A stretch of DNA of 64,000 nucleotides from an uncultured Leptospiraceae bacterium (lineage in GTDB: Bacteria > Spirochaetota > UBA4802 > UB4802): assembly GCA_964629365.1 (NCBI GenBank), contig CAZVRB010000004.1:18827-82826 (forward strand), written 5' to 3'. The position numbers and the translations under genes were made by a program. The notes below the pieces were generated by a model. The model was not told the DNA's origin. It was given only the letters and a program-made list of their open reading frames with translations, and made no database searches. Positions 50,763-59,877 of this stretch are shown here, piece by piece. How positions within the stretch are numbered: position 1 is the stretch's first letter; the number at the start of each line of letters is the position of its first letter.

Positions 50763-51752
50763 ATGGACCAGGACGGACAGTTAACATTCAATGACGATCC
50801 TCTTCTGACGGGAAGTAACGAGGCATTCCGTCTTATTGAGGAAGGAAGCTTTTTCGCTGCCGTGGAAAAGCTGGATACACTTATGTCCACTAACCCTGAT
50901 TATCCCGGACTGGCTGAAGGATACAGGGCCGCCAAGTTCTGGCAAAACCGAAAAAAAACTATCGAAGAGTTGAACCCGGGAAGGGATACCGCTGATTTTC
51001 TTATGAAACAATGGGAACAATTCACCAGCTACGCGGAAGAAAAGAATCTTTCCGGTTCAACTGCCTACAACTCGGTTATGAGATACATTTTTTTTACCGC
51101 CTCTGAGCATTATAAAATAGCCTTCAATGACAGGGAAAATCCAACCGATAATTTCACACTACTCTTGCAGCTGGGCACCTGTTTCCTGCGTCTTGGCGAA
51201 TATGCTCATACCATAGAGGCCCTTGAATATGCCAGGAGTTCGTATCGAAGCAATGCTTTTCTGCTAGCCCTGCTGGGAGAGGCCTATTTTCATAAGAATG
51301 ATATCCCCAAATCCCTTCTCTATTTCAGAGAAGCATTTCTTATAGATCCCTCAGAAATTGATCTCACCCTCATCAAGGCCCGGCCCATACATGATATTAT
51401 TGCCATAATTAAACAGGAGAATCCTGAAATTGAGGAAGTACGCGAATGGATACCAGTATACGGATTTCTCCATGACATTTTTTACGTAAAACGTCATCTC
51501 AATTCCCAACAGGTTGAACAGTTAAAACGTGAGATTTACACACTTGAACAGAATTACCAGACCATGAGCAAAGATCGCATACGGACATCAAATATTGTCC
51601 CCAGGCTGATAAATAAATATCTCTGGATGCTTGACTATTTTGAATTTCAAAACTATGATTTTGAAAGTATTACTGATATCCGTTCCAGGCTGCTTGCTAT
51701 TGACAGGGAAAAGTTTGAACCATATTTCAAGAATAAACCTGGATTATCGTAA
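50763..51752 (+). CDS. TPR-like repeat protein, hypothetical
   Basis: LGTCFLRLGEYAHTIEALEYA...LLGEAYFHKNDIPKSLLYFREAFLIDP TPR-like helices. Starts 7 nt after the ATPase gene. Confidence 0.45.
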   Translation: MDQDGQLTFNDDPLLTGSNEAFRLIEEGSFFAAVEKLDTLMSTNPDYPGLAEGYRAAKFWQNRKKTIEELNPGRDTADFLMKQWEQFTSYAEEKNLSGSTAYNSVMRYIFFTASEHYKIAFNDRENPTDNFTLLLQLGTCFLRLGEYAHTIEALEYARSSYRSNAFLLALLGEAYFHKNDIPKSLLYFREAFLIDPSEIDLTLIKARPIHDIIAIIKQENPEIEEVREWIPVYGFLHDIFYVKRHLNSQQVEQLKREIYTLEQNYQTMSKDRIRTSNIVPRLINKYLWMLDYFEFQNYDFESITDIRSRLLAIDREKFEPYFKNKPGLS

Positions 51753-51879
51753 TACCAGGTTTATAAATTTCCCACCTTTATCAGCGCCATCGTCCTTCTC
51801 AAAAATGAATTGACATCCCCTTTCGCGGCGGGTTATTGACTTTCACATACAATATAATGCGAGTACAGGAAACAGCCTT

Positions 51880-54522
51880 ATGGAAATGCCTTCGTCATAC
51901 GACCCCACATCAGTTGAAGAAAAATGGTACCACATCTGGCAGAAAGAAAATCTCTTTCATGCTGATGATAATGATCCAGGAGAGCCGTATTCCATAGTGA
52001 TACCTCCCCCCAATGTGACCGGCAACCTGCATATGGGGCATGCCCTCAATAATACACTGCAGGACATACTTATCAGGTGGCAGCGAATGATGGGAAAAGC
52101 AGCCATGTGGATGCCGGGAATGGATCACGCGGGAATTGCCACCCAGAACGTAGTTGAGCGTCTTCTGCAGAAGGATGGCAAAACAAAACATGACCTGGGA
52201 CGTGAAAACTTTGTTACCCGTGTATGGGAATGGAAAGAACATTCAGGGGGACAAATTCAGGGTCAGCTTCGTCGTCTTGGCTGCTCACTGGACTGGCAAC
52301 GGGAACGTTTCACCCTCGATGAGGGCCTGTCCAGGGCTGTACGAAAGGTATTCGTCACCCTGTACGAAGAAGGTCTTATCTACCAGGGATACCGTATCAT
52401 AAACTGGTGCCCCCGATGTGAAACAGCCTTATCTGATATCGAAACAGAATACCAGGATCTGCCCGGTAAACTGTACCATATACGATACCCCATCGCTGGT
52501 AGTGACAATTATATTACAGTTGCCACCACAAGACCTGAAACAATGCTTGGAGATACCGGCGTAGCCGTCAATCCGGACGACGAACGGTACACCCATCTTG
52601 TGGGTAAAAATGTAATTCTACCATTGATGGAACGGGAAATTCCGGTTTTTGCCGACGAGTATGTATCCAGCGAATTTGGTACTGGGCTGGTAAAAGTTAC
52701 CCCCGCCCACGATCCCAACGACTTTGAGATGGGGAAACGACACAATCTTGAAGAGATAAACATACTGGATAAAAACGGTTACATAAATGAAAACGGTGGC
52801 AAATACCAGGGCCTGGGCAGGGACGAGGCAAGGCAAAAAGTTCTGGAAGATCTCGAAGAAAAGGGACTGCTGGTAAAAACAGAAGATCATGATCATTCAG
52901 TTGGTCACTGTTATCGTTGTCATACGGTCATCGAACCCTATCTCTCAAAACAGTGGTTTGTGAAAATCAAACCACTGGCAGATGAAGCTATCGCAGCCGT
53001 CAAGGACGGGCGTATCACCTTTGTGCCGAAGAACTGGGAGAAAACCTACTTCGAGTGGATGTACAATATCCGTGACTGGTGCATATCCCGCCAGCTATGG
53101 TGGGGTCATCGAATCCCCGCCTTTCGCTGCAGTGATTGTGATCATGTTACCGTGTCAATGGAAGACCCCAGCACATGTGCGAAATGTGGTTCTGGTAATA
53201 TCATCCAGGATCCCGATGTCCTTGATACCTGGTTCTCATCTGCATTATGGCCCTTCTCTACCCTGGGCTGGCCGGACAACACAAAAGCCCTTGAAAAGTT
53301 CTATCCCACCAGCGTGCTCGTAACCGGGTTTGATATCATATTCTTCTGGGTTGCCCGCATGATAATGATGGGCTTGAAGTTTATGGATGATATCCCCTTC
53401 AAGGACGTGTATATTCACGCATTGGTTCGGGATGAACAGGGACACAAAATGAGCAAGTCAAGGGGCAACGTAATCGACCCCCTCATCATGATGGACCAGT
53501 ATGGAACAGACGCATTCAGGTTTACCCTGGCCGCCTTTGCCGCACAGGGGCGGGATATCATCATGTCAGAAAAACGAATTGAAGGATACCGGGCTTTCTG
53601 CAACAAGATATGGAACGCCACCCGTTTTATCATGATGAACCTTGGCGATAATTTTACCCCGTCCCCCCTGGATACTGACAATCTTGAGCTTTTTGACAGG
53701 TGGATACTTCACCGGCTGAACAAGACTATTGATACGGTCACAGGTGCCCTTGAAGAATACAAGTTTAACGACGCCGCACATGAACTCTACGACTTCTGGT
53801 GGCATGAATTCTGCGACTGGTACCTTGAACTCACAAAAACAAGGATGTACGGGGGGGACGAAGAAAATCCCATCTCCTCGCAAACGGCAAAACAGGTTTT
53901 ATATCATGTGCTCACCTCCACGTTAAAGCTTCTCCATCCATTCATGCCTTTTATATCCGAAGAGATATGGGAGAAGGTGGCAGGCAACAGCGGCAGGCTT
54001 ATCGTTGCTTCATGGCCAGAACACGATCCCCGTTTTGACTTCACGGAAGAAAGTGATAAAACCGAAACATTCAAAGAAATCGTATACAGGATACGCAATA
54101 TACGTGGTGAGATGAATATACCGCCGGATAAAAAGGCAAGTGTTGTATTAAAAACTGACAGCCAGCTGGTTGCGCAACTTGTAGAATCAGAGAAGGCCAA
54201 TTTTCACTCACTGGCTAAACTGGATCATTCTGATGTTGATCCTTCGTATTCTCCCGATAAAACAGATGCCGCGGCAGTGATGCCGGATATCGAGATATAT
54301 ATGCCCCTCAAAGGGCTTATCGATATGGAAAAAGAAGCGGCCCGTCTTTCAAAGGAGATCGACAAGATCAACGGTGAATTGAAAAAGGTGAAAGGAAAAC
54401 TGTCAAATGAGAAGTTCCTTTCAAAGGCACCAGCCGACGTCGTGGCAAAAGAAAAAGCGAAACAGGAAGAGTTACAGGAGATAATGGAAAAGATCCAAAC
54501 CAGTTTGAACAACTTATCATAA
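51880..54522 (+). CDS. valS: valine--tRNA ligase
   Basis: PPPNVTGNLHMGHAL (HIGH), KMSKSRGN (KMSKS), and a C-terminal coiled coil. Confidence 0.95.
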   Translation: MEMPSSYDPTSVEEKWYHIWQKENLFHADDNDPGEPYSIVIPPPNVTGNLHMGHALNNTLQDILIRWQRMMGKAAMWMPGMDHAGIATQNVVERLLQKDGKTKHDLGRENFVTRVWEWKEHSGGQIQGQLRRLGCSLDWQRERFTLDEGLSRAVRKVFVTLYEEGLIYQGYRIINWCPRCETALSDIETEYQDLPGKLYHIRYPIAGSDNYITVATTRPETMLGDTGVAVNPDDERYTHLVGKNVILPLMEREIPVFADEYVSSEFGTGLVKVTPAHDPNDFEMGKRHNLEEINILDKNGYINENGGKYQGLGRDEARQKVLEDLEEKGLLVKTEDHDHSVGHCYRCHTVIEPYLSKQWFVKIKPLADEAIAAVKDGRITFVPKNWEKTYFEWMYNIRDWCISRQLWWGHRIPAFRCSDCDHVTVSMEDPSTCAKCGSGNIIQDPDVLDTWFSSALWPFSTLGWPDNTKALEKFYPTSVLVTGFDIIFFWVARMIMMGLKFMDDIPFKDVYIHALVRDEQGHKMSKSRGNVIDPLIMMDQYGTDAFRFTLAAFAAQGRDIIMSEKRIEGYRAFCNKIWNATRFIMMNLGDNFTPSPLDTDNLELFDRWILHRLNKTIDTVTGALEEYKFNDAAHELYDFWWHEFCDWYLELTKTRMYGGDEENPISSQTAKQVLYHVLTSTLKLLHPFMPFISEEIWEKVAGNSGRLIVASWPEHDPRFDFTEESDKTETFKEIVYRIRNIRGEMNIPPDKKASVVLKTDSQLVAQLVESEKANFHSLAKLDHSDVDPSYSPDKTDAAAVMPDIEIYMPLKGLIDMEKEAARLSKEIDKINGELKKVKGKLSNEKFLSKAPADVVAKEKAKQEELQEIMEKIQTSLNNLS

Positions 54523-54543
54523 TAGTACGGTATACCATTATTC

Positions 54544-54576
54544 AAAAAATCACTTCATGAGAAGTGATTTTTTTTG
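54544..54576 (+). terminator. rho-independent terminator after valS
   Basis: AAAAAATCACTTC-ATGA-GAAGTGATTTTTTTT. Confidence 0.6.
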
Positions 54577-54674
54577 CACAAATATCAGAAAATTTTGTCC
54601 AATATGGTTAACAAACTGCACTTATTGTAAACGAATATGCCGCTAATATCCGTTAATATTTTTTAAATACAATA

Positions 54675-55874
54675 ATGGTAAGTGCAATCATGAAAATAAT
54701 TATTCGCCTCATGTACAATTTTATCGTCTTTTTTATCATGTGTTCGCTACTATCTTCCCCTCTTCATGCCGGCAACATATCAGTAGATATGATATCTTTT
54801 GACAATTATTCAGGCTACCTGCTTCTTCTGCTGTTAATGTTTCTACTGTGTATAAATATTGTTATTTGCCTGATATGGTATTCACTTTTTCAGAAAAAGA
54901 TGCACCTGTACATGGCATTGCTTAGCGGGGTATGGATTATCCATACATTGTTACTGTGTCCCCAGTGTAATCCTTTTTCTACAGAAACCATGAAAACCTG
55001 TATACTGGTCTGCATGACAATTACGCCACCTCTCATCTACGTCATTCTACAGCATGTATACAGGATTTTTCTTCGGGGATTAAACAAGATAATGTGCACC
55101 TTCTACCTTTCACTTTTTTCAATCATGCTGATATTACAAATAACCGGATTAATATATACACTACGGCTTGTCAGCTGTCTCAGTATAATGATTTCCGCAA
55201 TCCTGGTGGCCGGATATTGTATATATGCCCTGCACCTTATCAAACCTGACAAAAAAATATTCATCATAATAATATATATCCTGATCCCATTTCTTTTTAT
55301 AACCAGGGACATGATCTATTATCTTTTCTTAACCCGTGATTTCACAGTAACGGTATTCTTTATGTTTCTGCCATTAATGCTGGGATTACATTTTTTAGCA
55401 TGGCATTCTATTTTTGAGAAAAAAGTAATTAAAAAGGTTCTGTACGTTAGAGACATCACTATTTACCCAAATGGTACCGGCAGGGTGGCATCTCAGCATT
55501 GTCATCTCATGGAAACCGTAATCGAGTATATACGGAACAATTATTCATGTCCGCTTACCCGTGAAGACCTTGCCGACATTGTAGAGATCAGCCCGGATTA
55601 TCTCGGCCGCATGTTTCAGAAATATACCGGGAAGAAGCTCAAAGAATATATCAATGAATATCGTATCACTGAATCTGCCAGGCTGATTAGCGAAACCAGC
55701 CACAGTTTTATTCACATCGCCTATGAAGTGGGCTTTGAATGTGTTGCAACTTTTAACAGGTATTTTCAGAAAGTATATGGAATGGCACCCAGGCTTTATC
55801 GACATAAAATGTCGTCAATGGTTAGTTCCGCAATGACAGCAGTGGAGCAGGGATCCTGCCACCCCGGCGTATAA
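54675..55874 (+). CDS. membrane-embedded (7-8 TM) AraC-family HTH regulator
   Basis: N-terminal polytopic membrane domain, then a C-terminal HTH_AraC (IAYEVGFECVATFNRYFQKVYGMAPRLYR). Confidence 0.7.
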   Translation: MVSAIMKIIIRLMYNFIVFFIMCSLLSSPLHAGNISVDMISFDNYSGYLLLLLLMFLLCINIVICLIWYSLFQKKMHLYMALLSGVWIIHTLLLCPQCNPFSTETMKTCILVCMTITPPLIYVILQHVYRIFLRGLNKIMCTFYLSLFSIMLILQITGLIYTLRLVSCLSIMISAILVAGYCIYALHLIKPDKKIFIIIIYILIPFLFITRDMIYYLFLTRDFTVTVFFMFLPLMLGLHFLAWHSIFEKKVIKKVLYVRDITIYPNGTGRVASQHCHLMETVIEYIRNNYSCPLTREDLADIVEISPDYLGRMFQKYTGKKLKEYINEYRITESARLISETSHSFIHIAYEVGFECVATFNRYFQKVYGMAPRLYRHKMSSMVSSAMTAVEQGSCHPGV

Positions 55875-57189
55875 AAATCGAAGGGGATGACACATGCGCC
55901 TCCATTACCGTTGCACTGCCCAGCAACCCTCCGAAGGCAACATTGTCTCCCTTCACCGCACCGGGAACCGGGATAACCCTGACCGCTGTTGTTTTGTTAT
56001 TGCAGACCCCAATGCTAACCTCATCAGCGATTATGGCAGAAATAACATCAGCCGGGGTGTCTCCCGGAATTGCGATCATGTCAAGGCCCACTGAACACAC
56101 CGATGTCATCGCTTCAAGTTTATCAATAGTGATATCTCCCGATTGTGCCCGTCTTGCCATGGTTGAATCTTCACTTACGGGAATAAAAGCTCCTGAAAGT
56201 CCACCCACGTAAGAAGAAGCAAAGACTCCACCCTTCTTTACGGCATCATTCAGCATTGCCAGGGCCGCGGTTGTGCCATGTCCCCCGCAACGTTCAATTC
56301 CCATGGCTTCTATGATGTCAGCAACACTGTCCCCAATAGCTGGCGTGGGTGCAAGGGAGAGGTCAAGAATTCCAAATGGCACACCCAGCGCACCGGCCAC
56401 TTCGCGTCCCATCAGCTCTCCCATCCTGGTAATCTTAAAAACAGTTTTCTTAATCTCTTCTGCCAGGGTGCCCATATCCGCATCACTTGCCAGGTTTTGA
56501 ACAACATGGTGAACTACACCCGGACCAGATATACCCACATTCAGCGCCGCTTCGCCCTCACCAGTACCATGAATTGCCCCTGCCATGAATGGATTGTCAT
56601 CCGGGATGTTACAGAAAACCACCAGGCGGGCACACCCTGCACCAGCCCTGTCAGCTGTCTTCTGTGCTGTATCACACACAGTTTTTCCCATTAATTGCAC
56701 CGCATCCATGTTAATACCCGCCCGTGTTGATGCTACATTTACTGATGAACACAATCGGGACGTGGCCGCCAGTGCTGCAGGTATTGACTTGATAAATTTC
56801 CTTTCCCGGCCTGTCATTGCCTTGTGAACAAGGGCAGAGTATCCACCGATAAAATCAACCCCGATGTCACCTGCTGCTTTATCCACCTCCTTTGCCAGGA
56901 GTACAAAATCATCTTCGTTTTGAAGAGGTGATGCCACAAGTGAAAGGGGGGTTAATGAAACCCGCTTATTGACAATTGACACTCCATACTTCCCGGAAAC
57001 CTGTGTGCTTACTTTAACAAGATCATTAGCCCTGTACCTGATCCTGTCAGTAACCGCATTTATAAATGATTGTTTACCAGATGCTGAAATATCCAAAAGG
57101 CTGATACCCAGCGTAACGGTTCGTACATCCAGGTTCTGCAGCGATGTCATCTGAATTGCTTCAAGTATTTCCTCGACTTCGTAATGCAT
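55822..57189 (-). CDS. UPF0210 (DUF711, PFL-like) family protein
   Basis: About 455 aa. N-terminal MHYEVEEILEAIQMTSLQNLDVRTVTLGISLLD is typical of UPF0210. Confidence 0.7.
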   Translation of the reverse strand: MHYEVEEILEAIQMTSLQNLDVRTVTLGISLLDISASGKQSFINAVTDRIRYRANDLVKVSTQVSGKYGVSIVNKRVSLTPLSLVASPLQNEDDFVLLAKEVDKAAGDIGVDFIGGYSALVHKAMTGRERKFIKSIPAALAATSRLCSSVNVASTRAGINMDAVQLMGKTVCDTAQKTADRAGAGCARLVVFCNIPDDNPFMAGAIHGTGEGEAALNVGISGPGVVHHVVQNLASDADMGTLAEEIKKTVFKITRMGELMGREVAGALGVPFGILDLSLAPTPAIGDSVADIIEAMGIERCGGHGTTAALAMLNDAVKKGGVFASSYVGGLSGAFIPVSEDSTMARRAQSGDITIDKLEAMTSVCSVGLDMIAIPGDTPADVISAIIADEVSIGVCNNKTTAVRVIPVPGAVKGDNVAFGGLLGSATVMEAHVSSPSIFIRRGGRIPAPLLSLRN

Positions 57190-57203
57190 GTGTTGTGTTC
57201 CTT

Positions 57204-57647
57204 TTATATTCTGTTCATACTCTTAAAAATATTCTCATGTTGTATGTAAATCTTAAGTGCTTTTTTCCCAGCTACTTCGTCCATCCTGGTCTGCAATGCG
57301 TCAATATCAATATTCATCACTGATATATCTATGGTCAGGATCAGGGCGAAGAAGCCATGTAATACAGTCTGGTTCATACCCTCGATATTGGCATTTGATT
57401 CTGCCAGCACTCTTGTCACCTCTGCCACTATACCAACGGTATCTTTACCAATAACCGATACGACCGCAACCTCCCTTTCCTGGTCTCTTTGTTCCATCAA
57501 CGATCGAAGGGCTGCATCTATTGAATCCTGGTCGGTTGTGTCCTTACGACCCAGGTCGTTTAACATCTTTTCAATCAGGTGATCATCAATGTTTTCACCC
57601 TTATGTTCTTTCAATAAATCATTCAGCATTTTCATATGTTTTTTCAT
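57204..57647 (-). CDS. ACT-domain protein (UPF0237-like) with ~55 aa N-terminal extension
   Basis: REVAVVSVIGKDTVGIVAEVTRVLAESNANIEGMNQTVLHGFFALILTIDIS ACT fold. Sits 14 nt downstream of UPF0210. Confidence 0.6.
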   Translation of the reverse strand: MKKHMKMLNDLLKEHKGENIDDHLIEKMLNDLGRKDTTDQDSIDAALRSLMEQRDQEREVAVVSVIGKDTVGIVAEVTRVLAESNANIEGMNQTVLHGFFALILTIDISVMNIDIDALQTRMDEVAGKKALKIYIQHENIFKSMNRI

Positions 57648-57762
57648 ACACCAAGTACCCGGTTCATATATTTTATATTTCAGTTGACATTACCTTTTGA
57701 TTTTTCCAAAAATTGCAATAACTATTAATATGAAGGCATTAATTTAGCGGGGGTCACCATTC

Positions 57763-58179
57763 ATGATTTCGTACGACCTGGAATGTAATAACGGACATCG
57801 TTTCGAAGGAATATTTTCTGACTATTCTTCTTTCTGCGTACAGAGAGATAAAAAGATGATCCAATGTCCAATATGTGATGACTCCCATATCAGGCAACTT
57901 TTCACCGGATGTTCCATTCAGGGAAAATCTTCTGTCAAAAAAATAGCGGGGGAAGAACACCCAACATTACTTGAATCATTAAAGATGATGGAACAATTTG
58001 TTAAAGATAACTTTGAAAACGTGGGCAAAGACTTTCCAGACACCGCCAGGGCCATATATTACGGTATGGAAAAAGAACGAAACATTTATGGTGAGACTAC
58101 CCGTGAAGAGATTAAAGACCTTGTAGAAGAAGGAATACCCGTGCTGCCTTTTCCTAAGAATGACAAGATTGAGAACTGA
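57763..58179 (+). CDS. zinc-ribbon protein, DUF1178-like
   Basis: MISYDLECNNGHRFEG...CPICDD pattern. Confidence 0.45.
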   Translation: MISYDLECNNGHRFEGIFSDYSSFCVQRDKKMIQCPICDDSHIRQLFTGCSIQGKSSVKKIAGEEHPTLLESLKMMEQFVKDNFENVGKDFPDTARAIYYGMEKERNIYGETTREEIKDLVEEGIPVLPFPKNDKIEN

Positions 58180-58182
58180 TAC

Positions 58183-58707
58183 TTATTCCCTGTATATGAC
58201 AAAAGAAACAGCTGCCACCAGGATATACACTGCGGGAACCGCAATATTCACATAATACCCGGGGGTAATCTCATAAGGATCCGCTTTTGTTAATTCACCC
58301 GCCATTGGAAGATAGATAACCCAGAACAGGTAATACATATTCACCAGCACCCTGAGCACAAGTACCCAAAAATACCTGAAAAGTGTACCCGCCACCATGA
58401 AGAACACAATAGCGATCATGTATACTGACAGGGGATTGTTTATGTAATACCATTCTTCAAATATATAATACCGTGCAACCGGCAATACTACGGCAAAAAA
58501 TGCGGGAATGGTATTAATTACGATGATCTTTTCTGTTACAGGTATTTCCAGAAACTTTTCATATAGAAACAGGATAAAATCATACACATATCCCAGGATG
58601 GTCATGAGTAAGTCCCTGGCAAGTATGAAAAGTTCGTGAAATATATTTATTACTGAATCAACAATGCTCATGTTATTTTTTCCTTCAATGATGAAGCTGA
58701 TAGTCAA
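58183..58707 (-). CDS. integral membrane protein, hypothetical
   Basis: 174 aa, 4-5 TM helices. Confidence 0.4.
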   Translation of the reverse strand: MTISFIIEGKNNMSIVDSVINIFHELFILARDLLMTILGYVYDFILFLYEKFLEIPVTEKIIVINTIPAFFAVVLPVARYYIFEEWYYINNPLSVYMIAIVFFMVAGTLFRYFWVLVLRVLVNMYYLFWVIYLPMAGELTKADPYEITPGYYVNIAVPAVYILVAAVSFVIYRE

Positions 58708-59062
58708 TAATAGAATACACTACGTCAAGAAAATAATGAGATCAATTTCTCATTTTGTCCCTCCCGATGGTTCTACAAACTCCCGTATTTTTTAATAGAC
58801 ACAATTTGATAAAGGCCTATACTTGTATACAAAGGGTAGGATTACATGTAAACTTCCCTTATAATTTGAGGAAAATGACTTTTTAATAATATAATGTTTC
58901 GAAATGAGGTTTATTGTAATGGCACATTATAAGCTGGACGGAGCCAAATTCCCAACAATTGAAGAACTGAAAGATAGCCTCTGGCCATTATACCAGGATA
59001 AAATGTCCAGGGATGAATTTGAAAAACATGTTGAAGAAAATGTCGAAAAATCAGAATAAATA

Positions 59063-59869
59063 CTAGTCGGTATTGCACAATTTTCGAACAGCTTCGCTGA
59101 AACCTGCAGGCCCGCTGTCCCTGGTTCGTGTTACCGGGAAACCAGCTTGCACATCATAGCCATGCTGATTTCTAACCAGGTAGGGGATATCAACAACCCT
59201 GAGCATTGGAAGATCGTTCATGCTGTCTCCTATGGCAGCCGTTTTTATTTTGCTATCCTTCAATACGACAACCATTCTCGCAGCCACTTCTTTTACCGCA
59301 TCCCCCTTGTTGGCATTTCTTGATGAAAAATGATAAAATCTTCCACCCCTTGTGAGCATAAGATTTTCTTTCGCCAGTATACTATTCGCATTCTCCACGT
59401 CTTCCTGGGACAATTGCAGCTCTTTTCCGGTAATAAAAGGGAGTGACGTCCGGCGTTTTAAGGCGAGTGCCGCCTTATCTTCTGGCAAACCGGTTATTCT
59501 GACAACAGCCTCTACGGGCATATCCTTCAGCAATACGATATCCCCGCCAATAATTGAGCGCAACAGTGGAACATATTCTTCAAGTGTACTTGTATCCATC
59601 CCGCGTAGTTGTACTGTATAGTCATTTTTATCGCCGGTTTCTGAAATCCACGCGATTCCCCCCCCGTTTTCAAAAACAAAGGGATCAGCAAGGGCAAGTT
59701 CGCGATGCAGTATACGCATCTCCGGAAATGTTTTACTTGATACCAGTACAAGGGGATACCCTTTCTCTTTCAAAAGGGCTATCCCCGGTTTTGACAGTTG
59801 ATAGCTGTACGTGTAATGATCCAGCAGGGTACCATCCATATCACTGAACACAATCACACGGTTTATCAT
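59063..59869 (-). CDS. HAD-IIB family hydrolase (mannosyl-/glucosyl-3-phosphoglycerate phosphatase-like)
   Basis: VIVFSDMDGTLLD motif I, SSKT motif II, GDSMNDLPM motif IV. Confidence 0.7.
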   Translation of the reverse strand: MINRVIVFSDMDGTLLDHYTYSYQLSKPGIALLKEKGYPLVLVSSKTFPEMRILHRELALADPFVFENGGGIAWISETGDKNDYTVQLRGMDTSTLEEYVPLLRSIIGGDIVLLKDMPVEAVVRITGLPEDKAALALKRRTSLPFITGKELQLSQEDVENANSILAKENLMLTRGGRFYHFSSRNANKGDAVKEVAARMVVVLKDSKIKTAAIGDSMNDLPMLRVVDIPYLVRNQHGYDVQAGFPVTRTRDSGPAGFSEAVRKLCNTD

Positions 59870-59877
59870 GCGTCTTA

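Noticed and set aside
59063-59869. Calling a complete mannosylglycerate pathway
   Set aside because: Only the phosphatase-like gene is present, and HAD-IIB members are functionally promiscuous.
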